This document shows positions 38,594 through 51,510 of a stretch of 64,000 nt of DNA, one piece after another. The notes beneath the pieces were generated by a model that saw only the letters and a program-made list of their open reading frames with translations, was not told the DNA's origin and searched no databases. The stretch lies in assembly GCF_006345805.1 (NCBI RefSeq), contig NC_042999.1:99138001-99202000 (forward strand), in the 5' to 3' direction. Position 1 is the stretch's first letter. Each line of letters begins with the position of its first letter. Both the position numbers and the translations under genes were made by a program. Source of the stretch: Octopus sinensis. Its lineage: Eukaryota.

Positions 38594-38887
38594 ATCGCTA
38601 CCTGGAATCGAACTCAGAATCTTGGGGTTAGTAGCCCGTGCTCTTAATCAGTGGTTAAGAATGCAGGCTTCTAACCCCAAGATTCCGAGTTCGATTCCAT
38701 GCAGCGACCTGAATAATAATAATTATTGTAATAACAACATCGAAAAATACCTTAGGAATGAGAACCCAGGTTCGAAATTTCCCCAAGACACCTGATGAAG
38801 GCTGGAGGGTATATCAGCCAAAACATAGTGTTAACAACAAACAAGATAAGGACAAATATCTGTCAAATGTAAATAATGTAAATAATG
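38380..38887. mobile_element. Palindromic tRNA-headed, hammerhead-bearing element (family E), copy 1
   Basis: ~240-bp arms around 38650. Each arm reads outward as tRNA-like head, (AAT)n, PLE-like end and hammerhead (38460-38508 minus, 38788-38831 plus). Confidence 0.88.
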
Positions 38888-39361
38888 AAATTATTTAATG
38901 CCTACATATCTTATGGATCTCCCATGAGCCCCAAAAACTGTGATGATGTGTCCATTTTTTCTATGCTCACATGTTTTGGATAGAATTTGTTGTGAGAGAT
39001 TTTCTACAACTAGACACACTTACTGTCGCCAACCCTTACCTGTTTTCAAGCAAGGTAATATTACCCCCTGCCCAGACATGTTTTCAAGGAAGATTGGAAA
39101 CAAGAGATGCTCACATGTTTGACAGTGATGCTTGTTTACAATCTCTGTATAGGGTTAAGACAAGGAATCATATGTACATGCATACACTTACTCACATGCA
39201 CATACATATACAATGGGCTTTTATTCAGTGTCCATGTTCCATATCCACTCACAAAACTTTGGTTGGCCAGAGATATAGTAGAAAATACTTACTCAAGATT
39301 TGAGGCTGCAGGACTGAAGCAAACTTCTTAAGCACACAGCCCTGTCTACACTTTATATATC

Positions 39362-39625
39362 GTCATCATCATCATCATCGTTTAACGTCCGTTCTCCATG
39401 CTAGCATGGGTTGGATGGTTCGACCAGGGATCTGGGAAGCCAGAAGGCTGCACCAGGCTCCAGTCTTATCTGGCAGTGTTTCTACAGCTGGATGCCCTTC
39501 CTAATGCCAACCACTCCATGAGTGTGGTGGGTGCTTTTTACATGCCACTTGCACAAGAGCCAGGCGAGGTTGGCAATGGCCACGGTCGGATTGGTGCATT
39601 TTATGTGCCACCGGCACGGATGCCA
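39362..39625 (-). mobile_element. RTE-3'-end-derived short retroposon
   Basis: (atc)n plus gtttaacgtccgttctccatgctagcatggg..., near-identical to the reverse complement of 9900-10139. Confidence 0.88.
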
Positions 39626-40694
39626 ATATATATACTCACATATATATATGTATGTATAGTTTAGTGTTCCGTTATAGGCAGAAGCCACTATGAGTACTCT
39701 GTCTAGTGAGAAATAAGAATAATTTATCTACTGATAGTTTCATGTAATGGGGACATGGTAATTTGGCAAATTTATATAATGTGCCCTGTGTTTCCAAGCA
39801 CTTTTCAGGCTCAGAACAAATGGTTAGTTCTTTTTGAAAAACCAGAATGATGGTTCATGTAAAAACACACAAAATAAAAAAAAAAACAAGGTTGGTGCAA
39901 GAAGTGAAACAAGGATGGATAAAACAGAAAAATAAAGGAAAACAAAAAAAGAAAATAACAAGAGTTGTATCTATTTTGTCTGTAGAAATCATAACTAATC
40001 TAGCTGGTATTATTGACAGTGAGATTTGGCTGCTATTTTGCTACCAGATGTCTGTCACTAAAGAGCCTGGATAGGGAAAAATCACATGATCTTGCAGTTC
40101 TGGCACCAGCAGCAAATGGTTCTTGCTTGCCAACGATATAAATATGAGAGCTCTTATGTACCAAGCATTCATATAAGAGGTCCTGTCAAGGTAAATAACA
40201 CAACACTTATTGTTCTAATACTACATTCACATTAAGTTGGATATAAAGAGTGCCTTTTGATATTAATACTGCTTCTGTTGCTATCAATTAAATTATATAT
40301 ATATAATAAATTTCTGAACGAGGTATAAACAGTAGCTGCACGACAATGTGAAGTATATATGCCATCTAAATGTGGCTAACCACTAAGGGTGGATGCTACT
40401 GTAGCTTGTAGCCCCAGGAGAACATCTCCAGCTGGCTATTGACACACTTTCTGTGCCCTATCGGTATTTGCAATGGGAAGCCATCCTTCCCATTGTCGAC
40501 CTGACATGATAAATATATGAGAGGTATTGGTATCCAGAAGACTCCAGATGGCAGGTAAGGCTATGTAAGTGCTATTGGAGGACCGTAGGTAGACTCTTGG
40601 TTCGATGATAACATGAATGTGTGTGGAATTTATTGGACATTTATAAAGAGAAAGGTAAAGAGAAATAAATATATTTCGTCAGTAGGCATAAATA

Positions 40695-40950
40695 CGAAAG
40701 AGAAGCACACTCTAAGTTATAGACCAGTAGAGTAATTAGATAAAAATAGTTATGGTCAGTCTGGAGTTACCCAGGGTTTCACGTCCATAGAGTGCTCATC
40801 TTTATAGCGTCTCTTCAGACCCTAATGGCTAGTGGCCTATAACTCTCTACATTAGCCATTAGGGCCTGAAGAGATGCTGTGAAGCTGAGTGCTTTATAGA
40901 CGTGAAACCCTGGGTAACCTCATAGACCAGCCATAACTATCTTTATCCAA
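40695..40950. repeat. Palindromic PLE-end element (family D), copy 2
   Basis: Arms 40737-40831 and 40853-40949; left arm has an extra ~40-nt extension. Confidence 0.85.
40764..40822 (-). ncRNA. Hammerhead ribozyme motif with intact core (family D)
   Basis: Minus strand GGGU-CUGAAGA-G-ACGCUAUAAAG-AUGAGCA-CUCUAUGGACGU-GAAA-CCCUGGG-UA^ACUC; mirror copy at 40862-40920 (+). Confidence 0.75.
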
Positions 40951-43569
40951 AAGATATATATATAATCTTCTGGAATGTAAAGTAAGATATACTTTATTAG
41001 AGGCATTACAAGTTTTCTGTAATCAGATGGATAAATGTAAATGATACCTTCTTTTATCTTTTCATGTGTGTGTGCTTTTGTTAGTATATACACAGGAATA
41101 TGACAAGCTTCTGTATAGTTGCTATCTTCCAGATTCTACTCAGAAGGTCTTGGTTAATCTGAGGCTATAATAAAAAACACTTGTGTAATGTAACTTGCTG
41201 TGGGATTGAACTCAGAACCATGTTGTTTGCAAAATAAACTTCTTGATCATGCAGCCTTACACTCTATACAATTACGTATTGATTGCTGCACAGTATGAGA
41301 TTTATTAACATAGGTATATCATTCATCATGAATTCAAGACATGGATTGTTAATCATTAGAGTAATATCCATACTCAGAAGTATACACCACAAATAAAATG
41401 GCTTTCAATTTTACAAAGATTCTTTCTAATATCCATTTAATGGAGCAATGGATGTACAAAGTAGAATCACATCACAATCTCATTCAGAGTTAACAAGATC
41501 TAGTGAACATCAGATTATTTTAAAATCTGTAGAATATAACTAGCTTCTTTAAGATATATGCATATATATTTAACAGAGATTTGGAGAAAACCCAGGAAAT
41601 CTGAGTCTCCAAAGATGTGTTATTGAATTACTTAATTTCTTAAAATAATACATGTTTTATTTTTAAAATCAATCTATTATTTTCCCAGCTTTTAGCTCAT
41701 TCAATCTTATTACAAATAAAATGATTAATTAGTATGAAGATTCTACTAGTTGTGATTGAAGTAACAAACTGACGATCTAACTTTATTGATTAAGTGAAAG
41801 CTTATTCTTTGTGTCTTTGTCATTCATGTCATGTGCTATATGAAAGCAACTGCTAAATACATTAGGAGGAAGAATACATTTTAATTTTCCCATTGCACAA
41901 ACACATTTTTGAAAAAAATAAGAGAGGTCTGCTTTCTTGACTTGTAATAATGGTTTCAAATTTTGGCACAAGTCCAGTAACTTCATGGGAGGGGGTAAGT
42001 TGATTACGTCAACCCCATTACTTAATTGGTACTTACTTTATCGACCTTGAAAGAATGAAAGATAAAATTGACCTTGACTGAATTTGAACTCAGAACATAA
42101 CGATGGACAAAATGCTTAGCAGCATTTTGTTCAGCATGCTAAAGATTCTGCCAGCTCATCGCCTTTTTCTGAATTATAATATTGAAAGCATGTTCAAATT
42201 TCGCCAAAGCTGACTTTGCCTTTCATTATTTTGGGGTCAATAAAATAATTACCAGTTGAGTACTGGGGCTGAAGTAATCAACTTTATCCCCTCCCCTGAA
42301 GTTGCTGGCCTTGTGCCAAAATTTGAAATCAATATTGACAGAATGTCCAAAGATTGAAGACTTGCTTCCATTATCCCTAATGGTACTGAAACTAATATAA
42401 TGAAAAACATGAGAAAAAAATCCAGCTATCAAAGTATGTCAAATTCTATTTAATAGAGACATTAGCCAGTTTATCTCCTCTACCAGAGCAATTATAGCTG
42501 TTTTTTTTAACACTAATTAGTCCCTATCAGTTTTAATAAACTGTTTACAGATGCAAGCATTGTTGTTTGGTTAAGACCTTCCCTTTACAACCACATAGCT
42601 CCAGATTCAGTCCCACAAATGGTACCTTTGGCAAGTGTATTCTACTACTGTAGATGCAGTCAAGTTGTGAGTGGTTGATAGAGACTGTATGGAAGCCCGT
42701 CAAATATATAAAAGCCTTTGACTATTTCTATCCAAATGGGATTTTCATCCTAATACTTACATGCTATTATTTATAGCTTTATATGTACTTTGAGATGTGA
42801 TTCCAAAAAAAGAATTATTCCATGTTTTCTCAAAAGTTTGTAAATTCTTACGATGCTAATGATAAAAGTGCACATGAGTGTGCACATGTGCATGCATGTT
42901 TGTGTGTGTGCATCTATGTGTGTGTGTGTGTGTAGGTTTGTGTGACTGTATCAGTGTGTATGGATATGTGCACATGCACATATGAATGTTGACATTTTAT
43001 AGTTTCACTGGACATCATCTGAGTAAAATGGGGACATGATGCTTACCCTCCTTATTGATATTATGTTCAGTCACTCTACACTTTGGAAGGCCAGTAGAAT
43101 AGAAAAAAATAATCCCTTACTTATAAAAATAACTCAGTTAAAGTTTAGTGATAGGAAGATCATTCAACCATAATGTGTGTGTGTGTGTGTATCATGCCAT
43201 CACTATCTTCCTCTTATCTTCTTCAGCCATGTATCTATAGCAAGATGCCAATCCTTGTCCCTCTGTCACACTTTAGCCTTTCAATGCCTGGCATAAAGCC
43301 ACCCACCTCCACCTTCCCCTCTCAAATACTTCCTCTTATTAGCAGGAGCTTTTTCCCTTTCTTTTTCCTCTCTGCTTTTCTATGTTTCAATTGACATGAC
43401 AACCTCACTAGTGCCAGTAGCATGAAAAAAAAAAAATGCATCCAGTATACTCTGTAAAGTGGTTGTCATTAGTAATGCTATTCAACTATAGAAACCATGC
43501 CAAAGTGACACTGGAGCTCAGTACAGCACTGCAGCTCACCTGATATAGAAAGTCTTACAAATAAATCTT

Positions 43570-44000
43570 TTGTCCAGGCTTTGATGTGAAGCATTTTACA
43601 GCAGCGCCTAGCCATATTTCTTTGGTCTTTCTGATATTGTTACAGAATTTTATCATTCATGCCTTCTATGATAATTTAAAGTCAAACCATATACAAAGTT
43701 TCATTCTACAATCATCAGTTGATGTGCTTTTCCCAAGTGGTTACCCATCTAAACACTAACTAGGCTCTTAAAATGTATCCTCATAGTTGTGTTGAACATT
43801 TCCTGATATAGGAGGCCTTAAAGATAAACCCATTGTTCTGGTTTTGATGTGAAGCATTTTACAGCAGCGTTTGGCCATATTTCTTTGGTCTTTTTGATAT
43901 TGTTACAGAATTTTATCATTCATGCCTTGTATATTAATCTAATGTCAAAATATATACAAAAAGTTTCGTTCTACAATCCTCAGCTGATGTTCTTTTCTTT
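43570..44000 (+). repeat. ~170-bp direct repeat pair (43570-43740 and 43835-44000)
   Basis: tttgatgtgaagcattttacagcagcg...cagaattttatcattcatgcc...ttctacaatc occurs twice. Confidence 0.8.
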
Positions 44001-44522
44001 ATGAGTTGCATGGGATATAAATACTAAATATGCAAAAAAAATGATGAAGGAAAATAATCTTAAAACAAATTAATTATATGTTAGCCATAATATTCAATCT
44101 TCAAAAATACCAACAAAAGAAAAGAAACAAGGAACCCATAAACTACCAATTTTACTAGCTTTCATATATATAACCTTATTAATAACTATTATTATACACC
44201 AACAAAAGGCAAATAAATTCATTATATCATAACTTTTTTAATCTGAATAGTTTTCAAAATAACTTTTGTTTTACTTTACATTTCTTCTTCTTTTTATTTT
44301 TTGTCGGAAGTTTCTTTATCTCCAGTCCATTGTGTTTGTTGTGAACAGGTTTAGATATTGTATTTCTGCATGCAATTCTGTTCTTCCATAACCTCATAGT
44401 AATTTCTAAATGACTTGTGGTGATGTGAGACTTTTCTGTATTCATTGAGTATATTATATTGAGACATATTTTCTGATTGGACAACTACACTGATGGAATT
44501 ATTTTTTTAGTTGAAAGGTGTA

Positions 44523-44553
<31 letters not shown>

Positions 44554-45688
44554 TGGGATTTTGGGATATAATGATACAGGAATTTGAATTAGCTGTGTTG
44601 TGAATGTGTATATATCTAAAAGTCTATATCAAACCATTAAACTCTTCATCTGATACTCACATACATGCATGCATACATACATACATACATACATACATAC
44701 ATACATACATACATACATACATACATACATACATACATACATCACCATCCTCAACAACAACATTTAACATCTGTTTTCCATGCTGGCATGGGTTGGATGG
44801 CTTGACAAGAAATGGCAAGACCAGGAGTTGTACCAGTTTCCATAGTCTCTTTTGGCTTGGTTTCTTCAGTTGGATACCCTTCCTAATGCCAACCACTTTA
44901 CAGAGTGTACTGGGTGCATTTGACATGGCACATTCACCAGTGCTTTTTATGTAACACCACATTACTTTTCCCTTATCCCCTTCAGCCATGTCCTTGTCCC
45001 TCTATCACTTGTTCTTGTCATTTTTTCATACTTTAGCCTTTCAATGCCTGGCATAAAGCCACCCACCTCCACCTTCCCCTCCTGAATACTTCTTCTTGTT
45101 AACAGAAGTTTTGTCCCCTTCCTTTTCCTCTGTTCTTTTCTGTGTTTCAAGTGACATAGCAACCTTGTTACTGCCAGCAACATGAAAAAAGCCCCCAGTA
45201 CACTATGTAAAGTGGTTGGCATAAGTAATGGCATCCAGCTATAGAAACCATGTGAAAATGACATTGGAGCTTCATACAGCTCTGTAGCTCATCAATTCTC
45301 AGTCAAAACATGCAACCCATGCCAGCACAAAAAGCGGATGTTAAATGGTGTTGATGATGATGATATATATATATATATTTGTTTTCATCTCTCCTTATTC
45401 CAAGATAAAGCAGTATTCAATGGTTGGATACCCTTCCTGACAACAACTTCTACTTGTTTTGTAAGATGTCTTACAAAACGAGCTGCTACAAATGCATACA
45501 TACATACATATATATATACATACATACATACATACATGCATATATATATGTACTAGTGTACATACTTATAAAATAGGTTTTGGCATAGTTTCTGTCTCCT
45601 TAATTTCACTCACAAGGCACTGGTCAACCCAAGGATATAGAAGATGGTATCTATTTAACATGTAACGCAATGTGAATGAAACTAAAAT

Positions 45689-46203
45689 ATACATTATTTA
45701 CATTATTTACATTTGACGGAGAGTTGTCCTCATCTTGTTTGTTGTTAACGTTTCGGCTGATATACCCTCCAGCTTTCATCAGGTGTCTTGGGAAAATTTT
45801 GAACTTGGATTCTCGTTCCTAAGGTATTTTTTGATATTATTATTATTATCATTATTATTCAGGTCACTGCCTGGAATCGAACTCTGAATCTTGGGATTAA
45901 TAGCCCACACTCTTAACCGCTATGCCACCGGCATATGGTGTAGTGGTTAAGAGTGCGGGCTACTAACCCCAAGATTCTAATTTTGATTCCAGGCAGTGAC
46001 CTGAATAATAATAATAATAACATCGAAAAATACCTTAGGAATGAGAATCCAGGTTCGAAATTTCCCCAAGGCACTTGATGAAGGCTGGAGGGTATATCAG
46101 CCAAAATGTAGTGTTAACAACAAACAAGATGATGACAAATATCCATCAAATGTAAACAATATAAATAATGTACATAATTCCTCATCTCTTAAATATAAAA
46201 CTA
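45689..46203. mobile_element. Palindromic tRNA-headed, hammerhead-bearing element (family E), copy 2
   Basis: Centre at ~45928 with divergent A boxes TGGCATAGCGG (-) and TGGTGTAGTGG (+); hammerheads at 45745-45786 (-) and 46071-46114 (+); long arm on the right. Confidence 0.88.
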
Positions 46204-47088
46204 TATTAACTAAAACATAGTCATGAACTTCTAAACTACAGAGCCATGCCTCTGACACACAAACACAAAACAACAACAGGCAATCCTATATTTCTTGTTT
46301 GTCATTAAAACAATTATCTCCCTCATTTCCTATTTGTCAGCAGTTGAACATGTGAACCTAACCCATGTGTACTTTTCCTGGTACTCTTCATTTTTATTTA
46401 TATTTCTCCTCTTATTTCTCTTCCTTGTTTTACCAGAACTTTCTCCTAATATTTAAAGCAAGACCATGTCTGAAACATAACAATTATTTTACAACTTTTC
46501 CTCTTTCCTTGAGCATCAATCTAAAAATATCAACTGTGAACATCCTTTGTACTTTTGTCTTTTTTTTTTGTTACTTGTATTTGTTCTTTTGCTATGCATA
46601 TACACATACATCCACCTTCTCATTCTGGTCTTGTCTTGATGCTATTGTTTTCCTTCTTCTTTCTGTCTTTTTCCTTGTCACCTGTTCAAATTTAAACCCC
46701 AAATTTACTGAATATTTACTCCCTTATTCCCATCACCATAAAAATGCTTTTTGGTTTTTATGTCATCATTGTTCACTTTCCAACTTGACATTTTCTTTGC
46801 ACAAAGCACACCATTAATTGTTCACATTGTAAAGTGGTTGGCTAAAAATGCAGAAAATGAGTTGGATTATGAGGTCCTGTCTTACTGAGGACAGTTCAAG
46901 CACTCCAATGCTGGTGTCATGAGAAAATGCATGCAGTGATTGGCACCAAGGAGGGCATTCAACCATAGAAACCAAGCCAAATGACATGTACATGTACACC
47001 TAGTCTTTGGGAGCCACAGCCTCAGCAGGGATTGATTCAGTTCATGATGTCCTGTTCAATCCATGTCAACATGAAAAGAGGACATAAT

Positions 47089-47225
47089 TGATGACAACCA
47101 TGAAAATGATGATGGCGTTGATGATGATGATGATGTCAACAACAATGATGATGATGTCAACAACAATGATGATGATGATTATGATTATGATGATGACAAT
47201 GACGATGATGATGATAATGATGGCA
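47089..47225. repeat. Imperfect (GAT)n microsatellite
   Basis: Direct reading; source of the poly-Met and poly-Ile ORFs. Confidence 0.9.
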
Positions 47226-48601
47226 ATGTACATACATACAAAAATATATTCATTCATGAACACACACACCTCCATACAATAAATATGACTTTCACCACAA
47301 TATGTGGTCATTTGATACATTGAAAATATTTCTAACCACACAAACACACATATTTTGACATAGAACTCAAGATTTTCAATCTCTGGCTTAAAAAAAAGCT
47401 TGGAAAATAGATTCTTTATTCTTTTGTTATTTTCATTTTGGCATATTTCTAAGATTTCAATAGACTTTTATATTCTGAGAAATTGAGGAAAAGTGAATAT
47501 TTAACAGTCTATTCAGATATAAATGTGGAATGTATTTTATTGTCTGGAAAGCTCAACTTATTAAAGTATAACCAACTCCAATCATTTCATCCATAAACAA
47601 CTTCCTTTTAAAAATTATTACATCCATGTGTAGATGTAATTGTTGTTGTTCTCAATTTCTCAATGCTATCTTAAGGTATGAGAACACTAGACCCATAGAC
47701 CCTTGAGGGCTAGGGGTCCACTATGGTTTGCTGTTAATAAAAAGTATAGGGCTAGTGCATTGATTAGCTCAGGTGTCTATAATGATTTGAAGATAGCCCA
47801 AGTTGTTGGTGGTGGTTTAGTTCCAATTGCTCCTCATCTAGTAAGACCTATGATTAAAGGCAATCCTGACATGACCATCCCATCTTAATCATTTTGTCAG
47901 ACATAGTCTACACCTCACTACATTAATCAATTTGTCCTTTTTAGAGATGATAGAGCATGTTGAACTGCTATTTCTAGTAAACTGAGTGACCACACAAAGG
48001 ATCCCCTCAGTTATTTTTAGCTTGCATTAACTAAAACATGAATCAAATTACAGAATGTTTAACATCCTTATAATTTTCTCTTTTCCACCAGTAAACTGTT
48101 TGACTTCTGTTCATTCTGATAACCCTTGAAATCATCTATTTTCAGATAATTTTCTTACAAATCTCTAAATCTATTTACTGAAAGTAATTTTGCATACCTA
48201 ATAATTCAAATTCTTTATTACTTTACTACTTTACAAATAACATGAAATTTCTCCTGTTGCCAATCACATTCCTCTGGTGAATAATAAATTCTCTTGAATA
48301 TACAGAAATTACAACACATCATACAGATAAAATGTAAGCTTTGCCACCAGCAACTTTTTCCTCTAGACTTACTTTCAACAAAATAGATGTTTCAATTTTC
48401 CTGTATCATACTGTATTAACATAGGTCCTGAACTAAATCAATTATTAATTGTCAACCCCTGGTGAAGCAATATCTGAGTATTAAGGCAAGGTTGTGTTGT
48501 TGAGAACTTCATTTCCCAACCATATTGTTTCTGATTCACCCCCATTGAATGGCTCCTTGGGCAAATGTTTTTTTACTATAGTCCTAGGCCAACCAAAGTC
48601 T

Positions 48602-48675
<74 letters not shown>

Positions 48676-48812
48676 TCATCATCATCATCGTTTAACATCC
48701 GTTTTCTGTGCTAGCACGGGTTGGATGGTTCAACCGGGGTCTGGGAAGCCAGGAGGCTGCTCCAGGCTCCATTCTGATCTGGCAGTGGAGCCTGGTGCAG
48801 CCTCCTGGCTGC

Positions 48813-48844
<32 letters not shown>

Positions 48845-49094
48845 CACACATACATATGTATATACAAATGTACATAAATACACATATTCATATATACAAA
48901 TGCATATTTATGTTATATGAATGCATACAAGCATAGATACATACATATACACAATAGTCTTTCAGTTTTCAACTACCATATCCGCTCACAAAGCTTTGGT
49001 TGGCCTCAAGATTATTCTTTATTTTTAAGATTATTCTTTAAGGTTATTCGTTATTTTTAAGATTATTCTTTGAGATTATTCTTTATAAACTTTA

Positions 49095-49721
49095 TAAACT
49101 CCATATAATGTACCTGATGTAAGCTATGGACACATAAACGGTGCAGCAACATCAAAGGAAGGTTAACCAGGAAAATAGTTTTTGTGTGTGGTAGATGCAT
49201 TGGGGCAATAAACACTGAAGATGTACAGAAAGCAGATTCCATCACATGCCAGGGGAAGAAACTAGATGTAGTTAATAGCTTCTGCTACCTAGGTGACCAA
49301 GTCTGTAGTGGGGGTGGTTGCTCTGAGAGTGTAGCAACTAGAGTAAGAATAGCCTGGGCAAAGTTCAGGGAGCTCCTACCTCTGCTCGCAACTAAGGGCT
49401 TCTCGCTCAGGGTGAAAGGTAGACGGTATGATGCATGTGTGCAAACTGCCATGCTACACGGCAGTGAAACATGGTCTATGAATACTGAGGACATGTGTAG
49501 GCTTGAAAGAAATGAAGCTAGTATGATCTGCTGGATGTGTATTTTCAGTATGCATACACGACAGTATAAGCACCCTGTGAGAAAAGTTGGGCCAAAGACA
49601 CATCAAATGTGGTGTGCACGAGAGGCAACTGCACTGGTATGGCCATGTGTTATGTATGAATGAAGTAATCTATGTGAGGAAGTGCCACTCCCTAACTGTA
49701 GAAGGAAGCTGTGGAAGAGGT
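49095..49721 (+). mobile_element. Older RTE LINE internal fragment
   Basis: CGRC...VVNSFCYLGDQV...RVRIAWAKFRELLPLL...MLHGSETW; diverged relative of 60400-61090. Confidence 0.88.
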
Positions 49722-50164
49722 ATGTAAGTATGCATGTATGCATGCAAGGTTGTATGTTTGTATGTATGTATGTATTCATTCATTCATTTGAAATAAGAAG
49801 TTTGCTTTCTGACCACATGGTTCTAGGTTCAGTCCAACTGTATGGAACAGGATCATCATCATTTATCATCATCGTCATCATCATCATTGCCTTTTACTGT
49901 CTATCTTTTGTGTCGGTATTGGCTGGATTGTTTGACAGGAACTAATGGGTCTGAAGACAACATCATGCTCCAGGGTCTGCTTGGGTATAATGTCTATGGC
50001 TGGATGTTCTTCCTAATACCTCCTTCTAGTGTTTGTATTGTACATTGACATTTATATATATGGTTCAAATGTGCAAAAAAACAAAAGGCAGAGATAGGTT
50101 GTTTACTGTTGGTGATGTCCTGTACCTATATATGCATATGTATATGTATATATATATATTATAT

Positions 50165-50218
<54 letters not shown>

Positions 50219-51150
50219 GTATGTATATACATGTACATATGCATAGAGAGAAAGACAAAGAGAATTAAAGGGTGCTTAACAGGAAAGTTTGTACATTCCT
50301 ATTATATAGCTTCCTTCTGCCTGCTTCATTATGAAGATGGTATCATGCATCTATGTGCTTGCTGCACTGTGATATGCGGATGTTGTTTTTGTTTATATAT
50401 ATATATGTACATTTCTATATACATGTCCATATATACAGGTGTGCTTCCATTTCTCTCTCACATACACTCACAGACGTGCGTACACAGGAAAAATTAAGAA
50501 TTATCAGCAAAAACAAAGCTGATAAATATGCACAGGTGTTGCAAATTAAGTTTAATTACCAATGAATATCAGCGTGCATTATCCTTTACTCAACCAACTA
50601 AAATATGTCAAATATGGCCCAGACTGATTACCATCATGTATGTCAGACTTCAAAAAGTAGCTAACCATTTAATGGTTTTAGTAAATTTATTCAGAAAAAG
50701 TAAGCATTATACTGTCCAGCGAAAATAAAAGTCAACATCATTATATTTAAGCCCATTAAATGCGTCAACCTCCAGTATGTTTACGTTTTGTATGTCACTT
50801 TCTAACAAAAAAAAACTTCTAAAAAAATTCTGAAACGATCTACTCATGTAATCTATGCACCCCCTAAAGTTTGTTTTTATTTTTGTGAAAAAGTGCGTAA
50901 ATTACATGGGTTTTAACAGTATATATATATATATATCTATATATACACATATAATGATTGCATTGTTCAATTAAATGGAGCCACTTGAAACAGTCGTACT
51001 GCATCACCTCTGGATATCTTGCTGCTCATTTTGATTTTATTCACCTTGCTTTGAAATTGTATGAATAATACTGCACTCATTTTTGGTGCTTCAACTTAGG
51101 TACCTAATTCATCTGCATCTCAATTATTTTGCTATACATATATATATATA

Positions 51151-51409
51151 TATATTTCGGAATGGTCATATTGCCAGTTTAGCCAATAAAAACACACGCA
51201 CTATATATTTGGTGTTATTTTGCTTCAGTGTTATTTATTTTTTACATTAATCTTAATCTTATTTTGGCCAGAGTTCTTTCGTCACACTCTGGCCGAAATA
51301 AGATTAAGATTAATGTAAAAAATAAATAACACTGAAGCAAAATAACACCAAATATATAGTGCGTGTGTTTTTATTGGCTAAACTGGCAATATGACCATTC
51401 CGAAATATA
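51151..51409. repeat. Near-perfect inverted repeat, 123-bp arms, 13-nt loop, one mismatch
   Basis: Base-by-base reading: 51151-51273 pairs with 51287-51409; only 51265 (T) versus 51295 (G) differs. Confidence 0.95.
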
Positions 51410-51469
51410 ACAATATCTGTTTCAACACACGACTTCACATAAAAAATCTTGCACAACAAATATTTAAAC

Positions 51470-51510
<41 letters not shown>

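Noticed and set aside
45860-46000. Genuine tRNA genes at family E centres and SINE heads
   Set aside because: A and B boxes are present, but acceptor and T stems pair poorly and the heads run into repeat bodies; treated as tRNA-derived.
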